From Macrostomum lignano (Eukaryota): a stretch of 64,000 nt of DNA. Shown here piece after piece: positions 23,301 to 37,454 of the stretch (its first letter is position 1; every line of letters starts with the position of its first letter). Location: NCBI GenBank assembly GCA_002269645.1, contig NIVC01000180.1, positions 434,001 to 498,000 on the forward strand, given 5' to 3'. A program made the position numbers and the translations under genes. Below the pieces are notes generated by a model that saw only the letters and a list, made by a program, of their open reading frames with translations, was not told the origin of the DNA and did not search any database.

Positions 23301-26300
23301 TGAGGCTGGAGTGATGGGGCTGGAGTGATGGGGCTGGACTGATGGGGCTGGACTGATGGGGCTGGAGTGATGGGGCTGTAATGAAAATTAATTATAGGAA
23401 TTTAGCTACAGCCAGAGCATATTTACACTTGTATTAACCATTTTTGCTTAACCGCAGCAAACGGAGGCCAAAGGCTGAAGACACAAATGCCCTGCAATCT
23501 GAATATAATTACACGTGAGCTCTCACAAACAGCCCATTGTTTCATTGGTGGTAACCTCAGATTCTAGTATCTGTGGCGGTAACGCAATAAACTTGTTTTC
23601 CACTTTTTCGACTTTACGAGTGTTTGTGTTTTTCTGGCCCCGCAGGGTCGCCGACCGGTTATCAAACTCACAAAATGGAAGGTAAATAAGAGTTTGGTAT
23701 GACAATGAAGCTCTGAGTGCATGCAGGTGCTCCCTGCTCTCATTCAGCCTATTGGCTTTTCCATAGCAACTGATGAGAACAGCAACGCACTACTGACACT
23801 TGTCAATCACTTTGTATTCCGCTTTTGTTGTTTTCCAACCAGGCTGTAATTGAAAACTGTAATTCTCTATCCAAGTCTGTAATTCTCTATCCAAGCCTGT
23901 AATTCTCTATCCAAGCCTGTAATTCTCTATCCAAGCCTGTGATTCTCTATCCAAGCCTGTAATTCTCTACCCAAGCCTGTAATTCTCTATCCAAGGCTGT
24001 AATTCTCTACCCAAGCCTGTAATTCTCTATCCAAGCCTGTAATTCTCTACCCAAGTCTGTAATTCTCTATCCAAGGCTGTAATTCTCTACCCAAGCCTGT
24101 ACTTCTCCATATCCGTGCCGCACTGTAAAGCTTCGAGGACCCCGAACTCCGCCCCCTCAGAGAGAATCTGACCTCACAGCACCCATCGGAAGCGGACTCT
24201 GGGTGAGAGCCGCTTGAAACCTGAAATACCTGATACTCAGAATTCCTTATTGCACCATCAGTGCTCTGATTGCGCCTTTCCATTCCACAGTTTCAGAGAC
24301 AGCAATGCGTACGAGCAGCCCTCGCCTGTGGAAATGACCACGTGAGCCCACAGCTCTGATTTGCATCTCTTGCCGGTCACTAAATCGGAAATTTCTTCTC
24401 AATTTCAGATTTAACGGTGGCCGACCTCGGCGGGAACCGGAGCATGAGTGCGTGCCTCAAAACTCACATCCATACTTCGCATAGTGTACCCACACTCTGT
24501 CCCCATACAGTGTCCCCACACTGTCCTCATTCAGTGTCCCCACACTCTGTCCCCATACAGTGTCCCCACACTCTGTTCCCATTCAGTGTCCCCACACTCT
24601 GTTCCCATTCAGTGTCCCCACACTCTGTCCCCATTCAGTATCCTCACACTCTGTCCCCATTCAGTGTCCCCACACTCTGTCCCCATACAGTGTCCCTACA
24701 CTCTGTCCCCATACAGTGTCTCCACACTCTGTCCCCATACAGTGTCCCCACACTCTGTCCCCATACAGTGTCCCCACACTCTGTTCCCATTCAGTGTCCC
24801 CACACTCTGTCCCCATTCAGTGTCCCCACACTCTGTCCCCATTCAGTGTCCCTACACTCTGTCCCCATACAGTGTCCCCACACTCTGTTCCCATTCAGTG
24901 TCCCCACACTCTGTTCCCATTCAGTGTCCCCACACTCTGTCCCCATACAGTGTTCCCATACAGTGTCCCCACACTCTGTCCCCATACAGTGTCCCCATAC
25001 AGTGTCTCCACACTCTGTCCCCATACAGTGTCTCCACACTCTGTCCCCATACAGTGTCCCCACACTCTGTCCCCATACAGTGTCCCCACACTCTGTTCCC
25101 ATTCAGTGTCCCCACACTCTGTCCCCATTCAGTGTCCCCACACTCTGTCCCCATTCAGTGTCCCTACACTCTGTTCCCATTCAGTGTCCCCACACTCTGT
25201 CCCCATACAGTGTTCCCATACAGTGTCCCCACACTCTGTTCCCATTCAGTGTCCCCACACTCTGTTCCCATTCAGTGTCCCCACACTCTGTCCCCATACA
25301 GTGTTCCCATACAGTGTCCCCACACTCTGTCCCCATACAGTGTCCCCATACAGTGTCTCCACACTCTGTCCCCATACAGTGTCTCCACACTCTGTCCCCA
25401 TACAGTGTCCCCACACTCTGTCCCCATACAGTGTCCCCACACTCTGTTCCCATTCAGTGTCCCCACACTCTGTCCCCATTCAGTGTCCCCACACTCTGTC
25501 CCCATTCAGTGTCCCTACACTCTGTTCCCATTCAGTGTCCCCACACTCTGTCCCCATACAGTGTTCCCATACAGTGTCCCCACACTCTGTCCCCATTCAG
25601 TGTCCCCACACTCTGTTCCCATTCAGTGTCCCCACACTCTGTCCCCATACAGTGTTCCCATACAGTGTCCCCACACTCTGTTCCCATTCAGTGTCCCCAC
25701 ACTCTGTTCCCATTCAGTGTCCCCACACTCTGTCCCCATACAGTGTTCCCATACAGTGTCCCCACACTCTGTTCCCATTCAGTGTCCCCACACTCTGTCC
25801 CCATTCAGTGTCCCCACACTCTGTCCCCATTCAGTGTCCCTACACTCTGTCCCCATACAGTGTCCCCACACTCTGTTCCCATTCAGTGTCCCCACACTCT
25901 GTCCCCATACAGTGTCCCCACACTCTGTTCCCATTCAGTGTCCCCACACTCTGTCCCTATTCAGTGTCCCCACACTCTGTCCCCATTCAGTGTCCCTACA
26001 CTCTGTCCCCATACAGTGTCCCCACACTCTGTTCCCATTCAGTGTCCCCACACTCTGTCCCCATTCAGTGTCCCCACACTCTGTCCCCATTCAGTGTCCC
26101 TACACTCTGTCCCCATACAGTGTCCCCACACTCTGTTCCCATTCAGTGTCCCCACACTCTGTTCCCATACAGTGTCCCCACACTCTGTTCCCATTCAGTG
26201 TCCCCACACTCTGTCCCCATTCAGTGTCCCCACACTCTGTCCCCATTCAGTGTCCCTACACTCTGTCCCCATACAGTGTCCCCACACTCTGTTCCCATTC

Positions 26301-29300
26301 AGTGTCCCCACACTCTGTCCCCATTCAGTGTCCCCACACTCTGTCCCCATACAGTGTTCCCATACAGTGTCCCCACACTCTGTCCCCATTCAGTGTCCCC
26401 ACACTCTGTCCCCATTCAGTGTCCCTACACTCTGTCCCCATACAGTGTCTCCACACTCTGTCCCCATACAGTGTCCCCACACTCTGTCCCCATTCAGTGT
26501 CCCCACACTCTGTCCCCATACAGTGTCCCCACACTCTGTCCCCATTCAGTGTCCCCACACTCTGTCCCCATTCAGTGTCCCCACACTCTGTCCCCATACA
26601 GTGTCCCCACACTCTGTCCCCATACAGTGTCCCCACACTCTGTCCCCATTCAGTGTCCCTACACTCTGTCCCCATACAGTGTCTCCACACTCTGTCCCCA
26701 TTCAGTGTCCCCATTCAGTGTCCCCATCTGCGGGTTCTCTCTCCAAGCTCACGAATCCAACCCATGCCACAGTGAAGTGTCTATCAGAGGAAACCCATTC
26801 AAAATTGCGCCAATCCTGCTTGAAAGGCTCAGAAAACAACTTTCAGTGAATACATCTACGACGTGCTCAATGAAGGCCAATCCGGCCAGACCGGCCAGCA
26901 GCCTGCTGAGTAAGTGAGACAGGCATGTCAATCTGCATGTACAACTCGCGTTCCGTAGTCCCTGGGTTCGATTCCCCCGCTGGGCTAATTTAACCATCGT
27001 GCTGATCGTGCATGAAGTTCTCGCCCATGAAGGCCAGCTCCCAAGCCTGCACAGCCCTTTTAATTGGCCCTAGCGCAACCCGTGCAATCATTGAGTTGAT
27101 TATTCAATAACTTGAAGTGCCACCTGAAATGCCAACCTTCAGCGAGAATCCGTACGATGAAGCGGAGCCAGATTCCCAGAGTACTGTACAGTAAGTTGAT
27201 TCGAAATATTTATTTTATTTTGAAATTTGAAGAAATGAAAAAAATTTTATGAACTCTTTGCGCTTCTGCATGCAGGATGCAGAATTTCGATGCGGTGCCC
27301 AACTCCGCCTACGGCGCTTCCAGGGCTTGCGGCGGCGGGTGAGCAGCGGGATTGTTAAGAGTGACCATAATGACCAGGGTGACAAGAATGATTAGAGGGA
27401 CCGGAATGACCAGATTGATTAGAGTGACCAGAGTGACCAGAGTGACCAGACTAACCAGAGTGACAGAGTGACCAGAGTGACCAGAGTGACCAGACTAACC
27501 AGAGTGACCAGAGTGACCAGCCCAGTGGAGCATTTCCTAAGCGCCTCTTTGTACGAACATTCCTACGCCACCGTCGATGGGCACCGGTTTTTGGGCGCAT
27601 ACTTTGTCCAGGCAAGGCACTGGCGCCCCGCCGGCGCCCCGTCGACAATGTATATAGCCTACTTATAGTAGTATGTATGGGCTAGGATATATTAGATTTA
27701 GATTGGTCCGATCCTTAATAAGCCAAATTTTGGTTCTCCATAGCAGCACAGCGTATTGCCCCTGCTCGGCTGCTCACCTGAATTTCCTCTACCATATTCA
27801 TACTTCACTTTTAAATTAATGCCCTTTTTGCTTTCAAATGGTATTTTTATTCAAAGAAAAATATTTGCTAAAAATCTAATAAATAAAAATGCCGTGTTTA
27901 AGAATTAAGTAAATTAAAATTGATACAAATTGACATTATACATTTTATTGATTTAGGAATATAGTAAAAACACAAAGACAAATAAATTCGTTTTACTCTT
28001 ATAAGCTGTAGGACATAAAGAGTGTAACGTAGCTGTAGGAAGTAGGCATAAAACAAATATGCTTAAAAGAAAAAATAGAATTCCTAAATAACATTGATAC
28101 ATCCGAAACATATACACCATTCATGCAGATTAGTTAATAACTTCTTAAGAACTGTCCCATTCATCACTATCTAAATCTGAGTCGACTTCACTTGGCCAGT
28201 CACATTCATACTGAGCCGTTTTCCCGAGCGATTGCCGCTTTGCCCTTGACCCGTTATAATTCGCCCCACTTTGTCTAGATGACCGCTTCCTTGAACGTAG
28301 CTCCGTAGCCACTGCTGTAACCATTGGGCTTTTTTGCACAGCATTCGCAGCAGGTCTGGCTGATGCCGATGGCCTTGAAGTGGCAGCTACAGCCGGTGTC
28401 GCAGCTTTGAGGCCAGCTTGGCGGATGTTTGGAGTGGCTGGAGTTGGTGCGGCTGGACTAGAGGCAGCAACTTCAGCCGACAAGGTGCCCATTTTCCGAT
28501 GCTGCCTCTTCTTCAGCCGGTCAGTTCCACGGTGAAGCAGATCCCTGCAGACTGTGTGGACCTGCTTATTTGTTGGCCTACCAGCCTCAACTGAGTTGCC
28601 GTAGATGCTTGTGATGGCCTCTGAAAAAAAAATATATAGTTTACTAAATTTAGCCATTTGCCACAATTAGCCATAATTACCAAACATTTCTACTTATATC
28701 GAGTAGTAACCATTGTGCCATGAGAAAAATATTTTTGCAATATATTTTAATGAGCGAATTTCCTACCAAAAGCCCCATTCAGCAAACATACCTTGAAAGT
28801 GATGCAGCATTGTATCCTTGAAGCCAAGCTGCAAATCCGCGTCTACTGCATCCACTCCGGCCTGCAGCGCCCGGTTTATCAAATCGTAGCCACTGAAATT
28901 GACTTGGGCCTGCATGTCGGGCGTCAAGCATGCATCAAGCATTGCTCGAATCGCTTCGGATAAATTATCGCGCTGGCAGAGGCGCAGAAGGACTCTCTGT
29001 CAAAATGTTAATATGGGACCTTATTATTCTAATGTTTATAATTATTTACTTCATTCATTAATCTGTCTTCTGTTATACCAATACAATTCTATTAATTTCT
29101 AACCTTTATTTATTAGGTATAATTTCTATAATCTCAAAATTTTAAACAAATTTGATATATAAAGAATAATACAAGTAAGTTAATTTAACTCACCAATTCC
29201 GATATGGATTCCACAGGTTGAAATTTCGCAAACTGAATGTATGCATTCCATGAGCTAATGGGCCAAAATTTTGGTCGCTCCGGTTCATTGCCATTCGCGG

Positions 29301-32300
29301 AATTTGAATATTGCTGTCTCGCCATCTCGGCTCGAATCGCCGCAACTTCTTTTAGGCACCGATCGAGCTTGGACTCTTGCCTGCTGTAGCACATAGAAAG
29401 CTCTCGAAGAATCGACAATTGGACAAAAAGTATCCCTCGAAAGCTTTCAAGTGGGAAGTCCGTGATGGCTTGAATCTGCTCCTCTAGTTTTTTAATAGCA
29501 CTAGGCCCAAAGGCAAATGATGGCATGTAGGAGGATTCCTCCAAATTTGCAGAGTTTTTTGGTACCGTCGACGCCCCAGCAGCAGCTGTTGTTGGCTCCT
29601 CTGTTACGGCATCCGCAGCAGCAGTCTCCTCCGCAGCAGCCTCCGAAGCAGCAGTCTCATCCGCAGCCTCCGAAGCAGCAGTCTCCGAAGCAGCAGTCTC
29701 CGAAGCAGCAGTCTCCGAAGCAGCAGTCTCCGCAGCAGCAGCCTCCGCAGCAGCAGCCTCCGCAGCAGCAGCCTCCGCAGCAGCAGCCTCCGCAGCAGCA
29801 GCCTCCGCAGCAGCAGCCTCCGCAGCAGCAGCCTCCGCAGCAGCAGCCTCCGCAGCAGCAGCCTCCGCAGCAGCAGCTTTCACAGCAGCAGCCTCCGCAG
29901 CAGCAGCCTCCGCAGCAGCAGCTTTCACAGCAGCAGCTTCCGCAGCAGCAGCCAAAGCGGCTGCTTCTGCTTTTGCAGCCACTGCAGCTTTTGCAGCTGC
30001 AACCGCTGTTTCTGTTGAAATAACCACTCCTGCTTCCGCTCCGGCTGATGGTGCTTTCTCAGATGCATCTTCGGATTCAGTTGTTGATCCAGGTCTAATT
30101 GTTAAAGGTGGTGGGCAAATCTGCGCTATCGTTTTCGGCAGGACTGAATCCGGTAACTGGAGAACCCTATTAGAGTTCTCTGAGCACCGGTCGGCAAAAA
30201 ATGCGTCAGTGTCCGATGCCGAACCGAAGTCCAAATTCTGCGGGTATTTTAGTAGAATGAATTCTAGTATTCTAGTCTAGTCTAGTAGTAGTATCTAGCA
30301 TTTTAGTGATAAATTTAGTAGAAAAAATCAAAATGTTGCAGAAAATATGACTATGAAATGAAATGTGAATGATAAAGAAATTTTTAGCGAGACGATAATT
30401 TTAGTTAATTATTATTACCTTGGATTGATAATTTCGACGTGACAAGCGCATGTCCGATTCGATGAAAACCCTCGGCCGAACCATTTTAAGAATATCATTC
30501 AGCCTCCTTTTCTTCGAAACAAGGCTTCGAACATAAAGAAAAGCACCGGTTTCCAAGTTTTCGTCTAGTATTACCTGGAATGAAAGTTCAAATGAAAAGA
30601 AAAGATGAGTATAAGGGGCGCCAATTTTTAAGCTAGGGGGCGCAATATGTTCCGTCTGGCTATTTGGGGGGGGGGGGGGGGCGCCCCCCCCCCTTTAATC
30701 CGCCCTGATTTTAAACGTCAGGAGGTAAAAAGTAAGTAAGAACTAATTTAAAACTAGAAAATATGCGAGAGCAGTTTATCACCTGAATTATACTCGCTCG
30801 ATAGTAGACCTGGGCATAGCGCACTTCACAGTTCCATTGAACAGTTTCTTCTCTCTTTTCGAGCCACTGAGCTTCAGACAGAGACTCCAAATGTGGCGGC
30901 AGAATTATGTCTTGCTGTTGAATCTCCAACACTTGGCGGTCACTCTTACAAATAACTAAAAACTTCATCTTAAACTGTGATGATTTTTTCTTAGTTTTAC
31001 GTCAATAAAAAGGTTTTGAATTTGTCAGAGTTGAATTAGGCTGGAAAAAACGAAGCTTGCACGGAAAAAAATTCTAGCGGGTTCTGCGTGAGCTGGAACT
31101 TGAAGCTATTTTTGGAGAAGCTGAGGTGGGGGTTTGGAGCCCGTATGTGGGGGAAATTTTGGGCCATGCAGTTGGTCCGTTCTCATTGGACGATTCCGTT
31201 CACCATGTAACTTTTGGTTGAATTAGGCAATTTCATATTTTTAACTATTAATGTCTGCACTTTTTTAATGTCAACCAATTTTTAATTTGGCCTTTAATTA
31301 TCATTTCATTAAACCAGTCCCTTAAACATCTTCTATTCGTACTTGCATATCCCTGTATACGATTTATTTATTGCTTAAAAATTATTTTGCTGATTTCGAC
31401 GCAAGAAGAAGTCCAAAATGGCATCCAAGAGTCTAAAAAGATCGATTGATAGACATCTATTATCACTATTTGTTGTTGAAAATTCAGAAGATAGACCGTC
31501 CGCTACTCAGGATGTTCGATTGATGGAGACTGAGGCCATAGAACTTGATGAGGAAGAACAAGATGAATATTTCGATGCAGTCGATGAGCCAGATTCACAG
31601 AGATTTGAAAGTGATGACAGCGACCAAGAGGACGATGAAAGCAAGAAGGAAGAAGATAACCGATCATTGGAAGATAAGTTGGAAGCTGTTCTCGTTGTAT
31701 TTTTCTTGATGTACAACATTCCACGCGAAGGAATTTCCTTTCTTGTTCATGCACTTCGCGAAATCGGACTGCCAGCACCCCGATCTGTGAGACGCGTCTT
31801 AAAGACAATGAGACGTAATGTTCCAACGGAACTGGTGCCAATGGGTGACGGCCATTTCCACTATGTTTCAATCATTCAAAATCTAAAGCTTTTACTTGAG
31901 CATGAACTACTACAGCTTCCGCCGCAAAATTTAAAGCATGAAGGATCAACTAGCGTGTACGAATTTGAAGCACAAGTAAATTCCGATGGAATTCCTTTGT
32001 TTCGATCCAGTCTTTTTGGCTTATGGCCTATTCTGATGAAAATCCCACAAGCGTTTGCAAAACCGTTTCCTGTGGCGATTTGGGCAGGTAAAGGCAAGCC
32101 TGAAGTCAATGAGTACCTACATGAATTTTGCAATGAAGCCAAGAAGTTTCTAACAGGCCCGATCCAGATTTCTGATTCAGTTAGCATTTCGTTTTCAACA
32201 ATATACTTTGTTGTTGACACACCTGCTCGATCATTTTTGATGTGTACTAAAGGACACTCATCTTATGAAGGCTGTTCGTACTGCAGAGCAACAGGACCGC

Positions 32301-35300
32301 GAGTTGACAACAGAGTTACCTTTTCAACGACAGTTGGTGAGAGCAGGTCTGGAGAGTTGTACCGATGTGGAAGAGAAGCTAATCAGCAAGATACAGGGGC
32401 AGTAAAAATTCGTTCACCGCTTCTAGAGTTGCCTCAAATTGACTTTGTTTACTCCTTTCCTGTCGACTATCAACATTGTGTGTGTCTTGGTGTAGTGCGA
32501 AAACTAATGAACTTTTATTTCGGAAAGGGCGGCATTCGCTTTTCTCGCATGAGATCGCGCGCTTTATCTGATAAAATTGCTTCAGTCACCGGCTGGACAC
32601 CTTCCAACTTCCAGAGAAGGCCTCGTCGCATTGACAAGAATTTGAAGTTTCTTAAGGCAACTGAATTTAGACAGTACGTGCTGTACTTAGGTCCTGCACT
32701 TTTTAAAGGCTTTCTAAGAGAAAAGGATTATAAGAATTTCCTTCTTCTGCACTTCGCCATTTACGTCTACTCAGCAGAACGTCATTCGAACCTCTGGTAT
32801 ACGGCAAAAAGCTGCCTAGAAGTTTTCGTCGAGCAGTTGTCCAAAATTTTTGGCCAAAAGTCAATTAGCTACAATGTTCACGCCCTTCTGCATCTAGATG
32901 AGTTTGTGAGAAAACTAGGTACTTTAAACAACTTCTCCACGTTTCCATTCGAGAATTATTTGGGCGCTGTGAAACGTAAAATCAAAGTGACAAGACACAT
33001 CGCAGCTCATTCAGTTAAGCAAGTTCTTTGCGTACAACAACAAATGCTGAAGAAGGATACTTCAGTTCCAAAATTGAAGTTCAGTCCAAAAAGAGGCGAC
33101 AACTGCTGCATCATTGGCTCGAATTGTGTTCTGATTGAAAGCGCAGCACCAAATGGCATTGTTTCAGGCAGAATTTTGCGGTTTATTGATGACCTGTACA
33201 CATATCCCTGCGAGTCGCGATTACTCGGCATTGGTGTGTATCGTCTTACAGCAAATATTACAACTGGCAAGCCAATTCGCAAATGCTGGATGCTGCCTAA
33301 AAAGCTGATGAAGACGCCGCCACTGAATTCTATGTGATTCCTCTCACTGGACAAGATGACTAAGTACGTTACTGTTCTAAGCCAAGGATTTATAAAAGGT
33401 GAGAAGTTTTCAAAAATAAATCTTACAGTTACAGCATACTTGACCTTTTTAGTTATTATCCCAGCAAAAATTATGTCGAAAAAGTTAACCACATTTGGTT
33501 GAATTTCGTTATAAATTAATTTTATTCACCTACATTCCAAGGTGCGACGGCAACGGAATTGGCCCCCCCCCAAGCGGGAAGCGGTTCCGCCACAGGAACA
33601 CTGACTGGAGACCGACTTATAACTATCGTCAATGCAAAACATTACAGTCTACACAAACTGATTTTCTTTGTCATTGCTTTGGTACTTGCGCAAAAAAAGC
33701 CACTTTCAAAACGGGAGCTCGTATCTTGACAAATTTATAGCCTATTCAACCGTGTGATACAGTCAACAGAAATCATAGAATAGATTCATTTTTAGTATAT
33801 GGATTCAAGGTTGGGTTAATAGCTCGTATGTGGTAGTATATTTGATATATGTATATACAATATACATACTGTGACTCCTGCTCCCTGCCAAAAAACCAAA
33901 CAAAGAGGCTCCATAGCCTGTCTTTGGGATCGGAGCTTGGTAGGGGCAGTAGCAATAAAAAAGGGAGGCTTTGGAAGGCTCTTACGGACCGGTGTTTCTC
34001 CCTATGCTCAGAATTTTTGGCTCCATGGAAATTTACAAGGAACAAGGAAGTTTAGATCTAGTAGCTGGTATATTGGTCCTAGCTCGAGCTTTTGATCTCT
34101 AAAGCTCCACATCAATGTACAGGGTACAACATCATGACAATTGTTTATTGAAATGTCTGCTCAACCATTCGTTTGTCTCTGTAAAAAATCGATTTAGTGG
34201 GGCGGGGCGCTGGGCTTTGGGCGCTGGGCTTTGGGCGCTGGGCGGGGGGCATCATAAACCCGAAAAATCACAACTCCGAAAAGCGCTTTTCATAATAAAC
34301 CCGAAATATCATAAACCCGAAACATCATAAACATGAAAAATCATACACCCGAAATATCGTAACTCCGAAAACAAAAATAGCATCGTCCATCATAAACCCG
34401 AAATATCACATCCGAAAGTTCTAGCAATGTCCAACACTATTTTGGTTTTCGGAGTTATGATATTTCGGGTTTGTGATTTTTCGGGTTTATGATGTGCGTT
34501 GCTAAAACTTTCGGAGTTGTGATATTTCGGGTTTATGCTATTTCGGGTTTATGATGGGCGTTGCTATTTTGTTTTTCGGAGTTATGATATTTCGGGTTTG
34601 TGATTTTTCGGGTTTATGATGTGCGTTGCTAAAACTTTCGGAGTTGTGATATTTCGGGTTTATGCTATTTCGGGTTTATGATGGGCGTTGCTATTTTGTT
34701 TTTAGGAGTTATGATATTTCGGGTTTATGATATTTCGGGTTTATGATGGGAAGTGCTTTCGGGGTTGTGATTTTTCGGGTTTATGATGGCGACCCCGCTG
34801 GGCGTGGGTAGAACTAGGATACTCTCCCTGTAGAGTATTCCCTGGCTGCAGTGTGGGTCCATTTTTCCTACTGGCAGGCAGAGGCAAAGGCACTCAAGCC
34901 AACAGACTGTCAGATAACTTACAAACTACGAAAATTTTAAGAATCAGTATTTTTTATCATCAAACTATTTCAAGGAAAATCCCAATTTGCGCAGACTGTT
35001 TTTTATCCCGTCGGCGTTCAATATGATGTCCACTAGGCACTCGTTTTTTCTGCTGGGTTCATCTATATGTAATTATCTATGTAAATAGCATATTCTTTAT
35101 TATTTCCTAAAATATCGATCTTGTAATTAGAAAGTCTACTTTACATCTATGCTTGTCATTTTATGCTGCTTGACAACTTCCTTAAATCATATATTTAATA
35201 TTTTCATTTTTTTCGTATCTATAAATTTTATAATGTATTTGTATTCATACTTGTATAGCTTGCATCCCGCATGAAAAACCGCTCAGTTAAGAAAATAAAA

Positions 35301-37382
35301 ATAAGTGTAGCTAACAGTTTAACTCAGCACTATCTACTGATTTGAATTCCTATCTAGCTCGTATTTCATCCTTTCCTTTCATCCTCCTGAATTCTAAGTC
35401 AGTGGAAACTGCAGCTGGGCACCCACATCCGCCCGCATGAATATTCTTGCCATATTGTTTGCGGTCGTACAGCTCCATGCGTCTATGAGGTTTCTACCGA
35501 CTGACTGAAAAATCTGACTGTGACTTTTTTATTTTGGTTTGTTGAAGGTCTTTTTAAGGTATCAAAACCAAGATTTATAGCTATAGCTAGCTACATAGCT
35601 AACAGAAATCGTGGAACCCAGTCTCAGTCTATTCATGGTCTGTGAACCCCGGCCTGGATCATGCCTGGATCGAACAAAGACTCGAAATAAGCTATTTTCT
35701 TATCGGGGGGGGGTGACAAGACGGAGGCAGCTTGTAGCAATAAAAAGTCGGAAGGAGAGGCTCGAGTGGCTTGCTCGAGTTGCTTCTTCATACGCTCTAT
35801 CCCCTACAATGCGGTTCGAAATGTTAGAAAATTGATACATACGTCCCCACCAGACTGCCCGCTTGTTTGCTCTAACGATCACTATCAAACAGGCCTTTGA
35901 AATGATTCATTTTCTGTTCCAACTCAGTTTTCCATATATATAGTAAACAACCGTTTAACCTAGATTGTAGTTCAGTTTCAGTTCTAGATCTAGCTGCTTC
36001 CACTTATGGCTTCGAAAAGGAACACATTTGGCGCAGCGAGAAATTTGAATCCCTTGGGGAGTGGATAAGAGAAGAGATGAGTGACAAAAAATGAGATAAG
36101 AAGAGAGGAGAGAGGCTCAGGAGGAGGGGAGAGAAAAGAGGAAAGGGTAGGGGAAATTAGATAAGGGAGAGAAGAGAGGAGAGGGGAGAGGAAATTAGAT
36201 GAGGGAGTACAGTAGATGAGCTGAGAGGAGAGGAGAAATGAGAGAAGAGAAGAGGAGATCTCGAACTTTTCCTATCTAAATACACTATAATTGGCAGAAA
36301 CTTTCACCTTAAATAGCTCCAAAACCAATTGATACAGATACATGATTCTTTCTGGCAGACAGAGTAGCACAGGCACAGCATAGCTCTCCAGATGAAAAAA
36401 AAATTATTTTTCGGAGCAATAAAATTCTGATAGGTAGCTTATTCGAATTTAAGCGATTCATCCGAGAGTTAGCTGGCAGCTGCTTCACTCAAAACTTCAT
36501 ATGTTGTGGGCAGGGCTTTTTTTCAATTTCCTTGTTGCTTTTATGACAAAGAGAACAGATGTTGCCGTTCTAGTCTTGCTAGCGCCCGAGTAAGGATCCA
36601 TAGAGCAACCAAATATGCGGGGTATATAATATGGAGTATATACTCATAATATGCAGTCACAATACGAGCTATACTAAATATATTGCTAAGCTCCTGTCTT
36701 TCCTGCCCAAGATTTTCTTCTTCCTTAGTTGATCTCTGCCCAGTGAGGCCTTCTTTCTTTTTTCTCATCTTGAGGCCTTTCTATGATTCATGAGATAAGA
36801 TTTTCCTAAGAGTTTTAAAAAACAGAACAAAATATTTTAGCATAAGCAAATCTAACACGCATATTTTTGCACATAATTAAAACTGCTACAAATTTTATGA
36901 ATCTCAAATCTTAGAAGATACCGACTGGGATGCTCAATGATCTTTAGAATCTCATATCTGAATCTAGAGATACAGCTGTACATTCCTAACGATAAAATAA
37001 AGTTAGGGCCGCTGTACACTCCTGTGTGAGTGTGTGCCTGCTCAGGGGAGTCGGCAGAATGGGCAGTAATGCCTCTCGCTGGTTCAGTGGCGCGTCCAGG
37101 GGGGGGGGAATAAAGCCATGGGCCCCCTTTGGCCCCCCCCACTTTCAGTTTTTTGCCTTAGCTGTTGAAACCCGCGGATTTTGGACCTGTGGAATTCTGA
37201 TCCCCGGAATTATTTTCGCTTATATCTACGAGTATATCTGTCGTAGTTCTAAAGTCTGGAGTCATACTCAAACAAAAACTACCCCCTGTCTTTCGAAAAC
37301 ATGTATTGGCAAACTCTCTGGCTTCCTGTCTCTCTCTCTATGTCCCTCGGATCCTTTGAAACTTCTATCGTCTCTTCTGTTT

Positions 37383-37454
<72 letters not shown>

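Noticed and set aside
24417-26917. Three 775-810 aa ORFs (SPHSVPIQCPHTL repeats)
   Set aside because: Stop-free translations of the 26-bp intronic minisatellite, open in all three frames; flanked by genuine splice sites of paralog A.
26965-26975. tRNA gene (GGTTCGATTCC T-loop); also A-box-like 14247-14257 and reverse B-box 14409-14419
   Set aside because: No cloverleaf can be built around them; at most degenerate tRNA-derived SINE fragments, too weak to call.
29517-30023. Gln/Pro-rich + strand ORF
   Set aside because: Antisense shadow of the Ala/Glu repeat in the minus-strand DUF4806-like exon.
30610-30710. Second hAT-like insertion (G/C runs ending aatccgccctg) in intron 1 of the DUF4806-like gene
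   Set aside because: Only one terminus is visible, with no matching left TIR or TSD.
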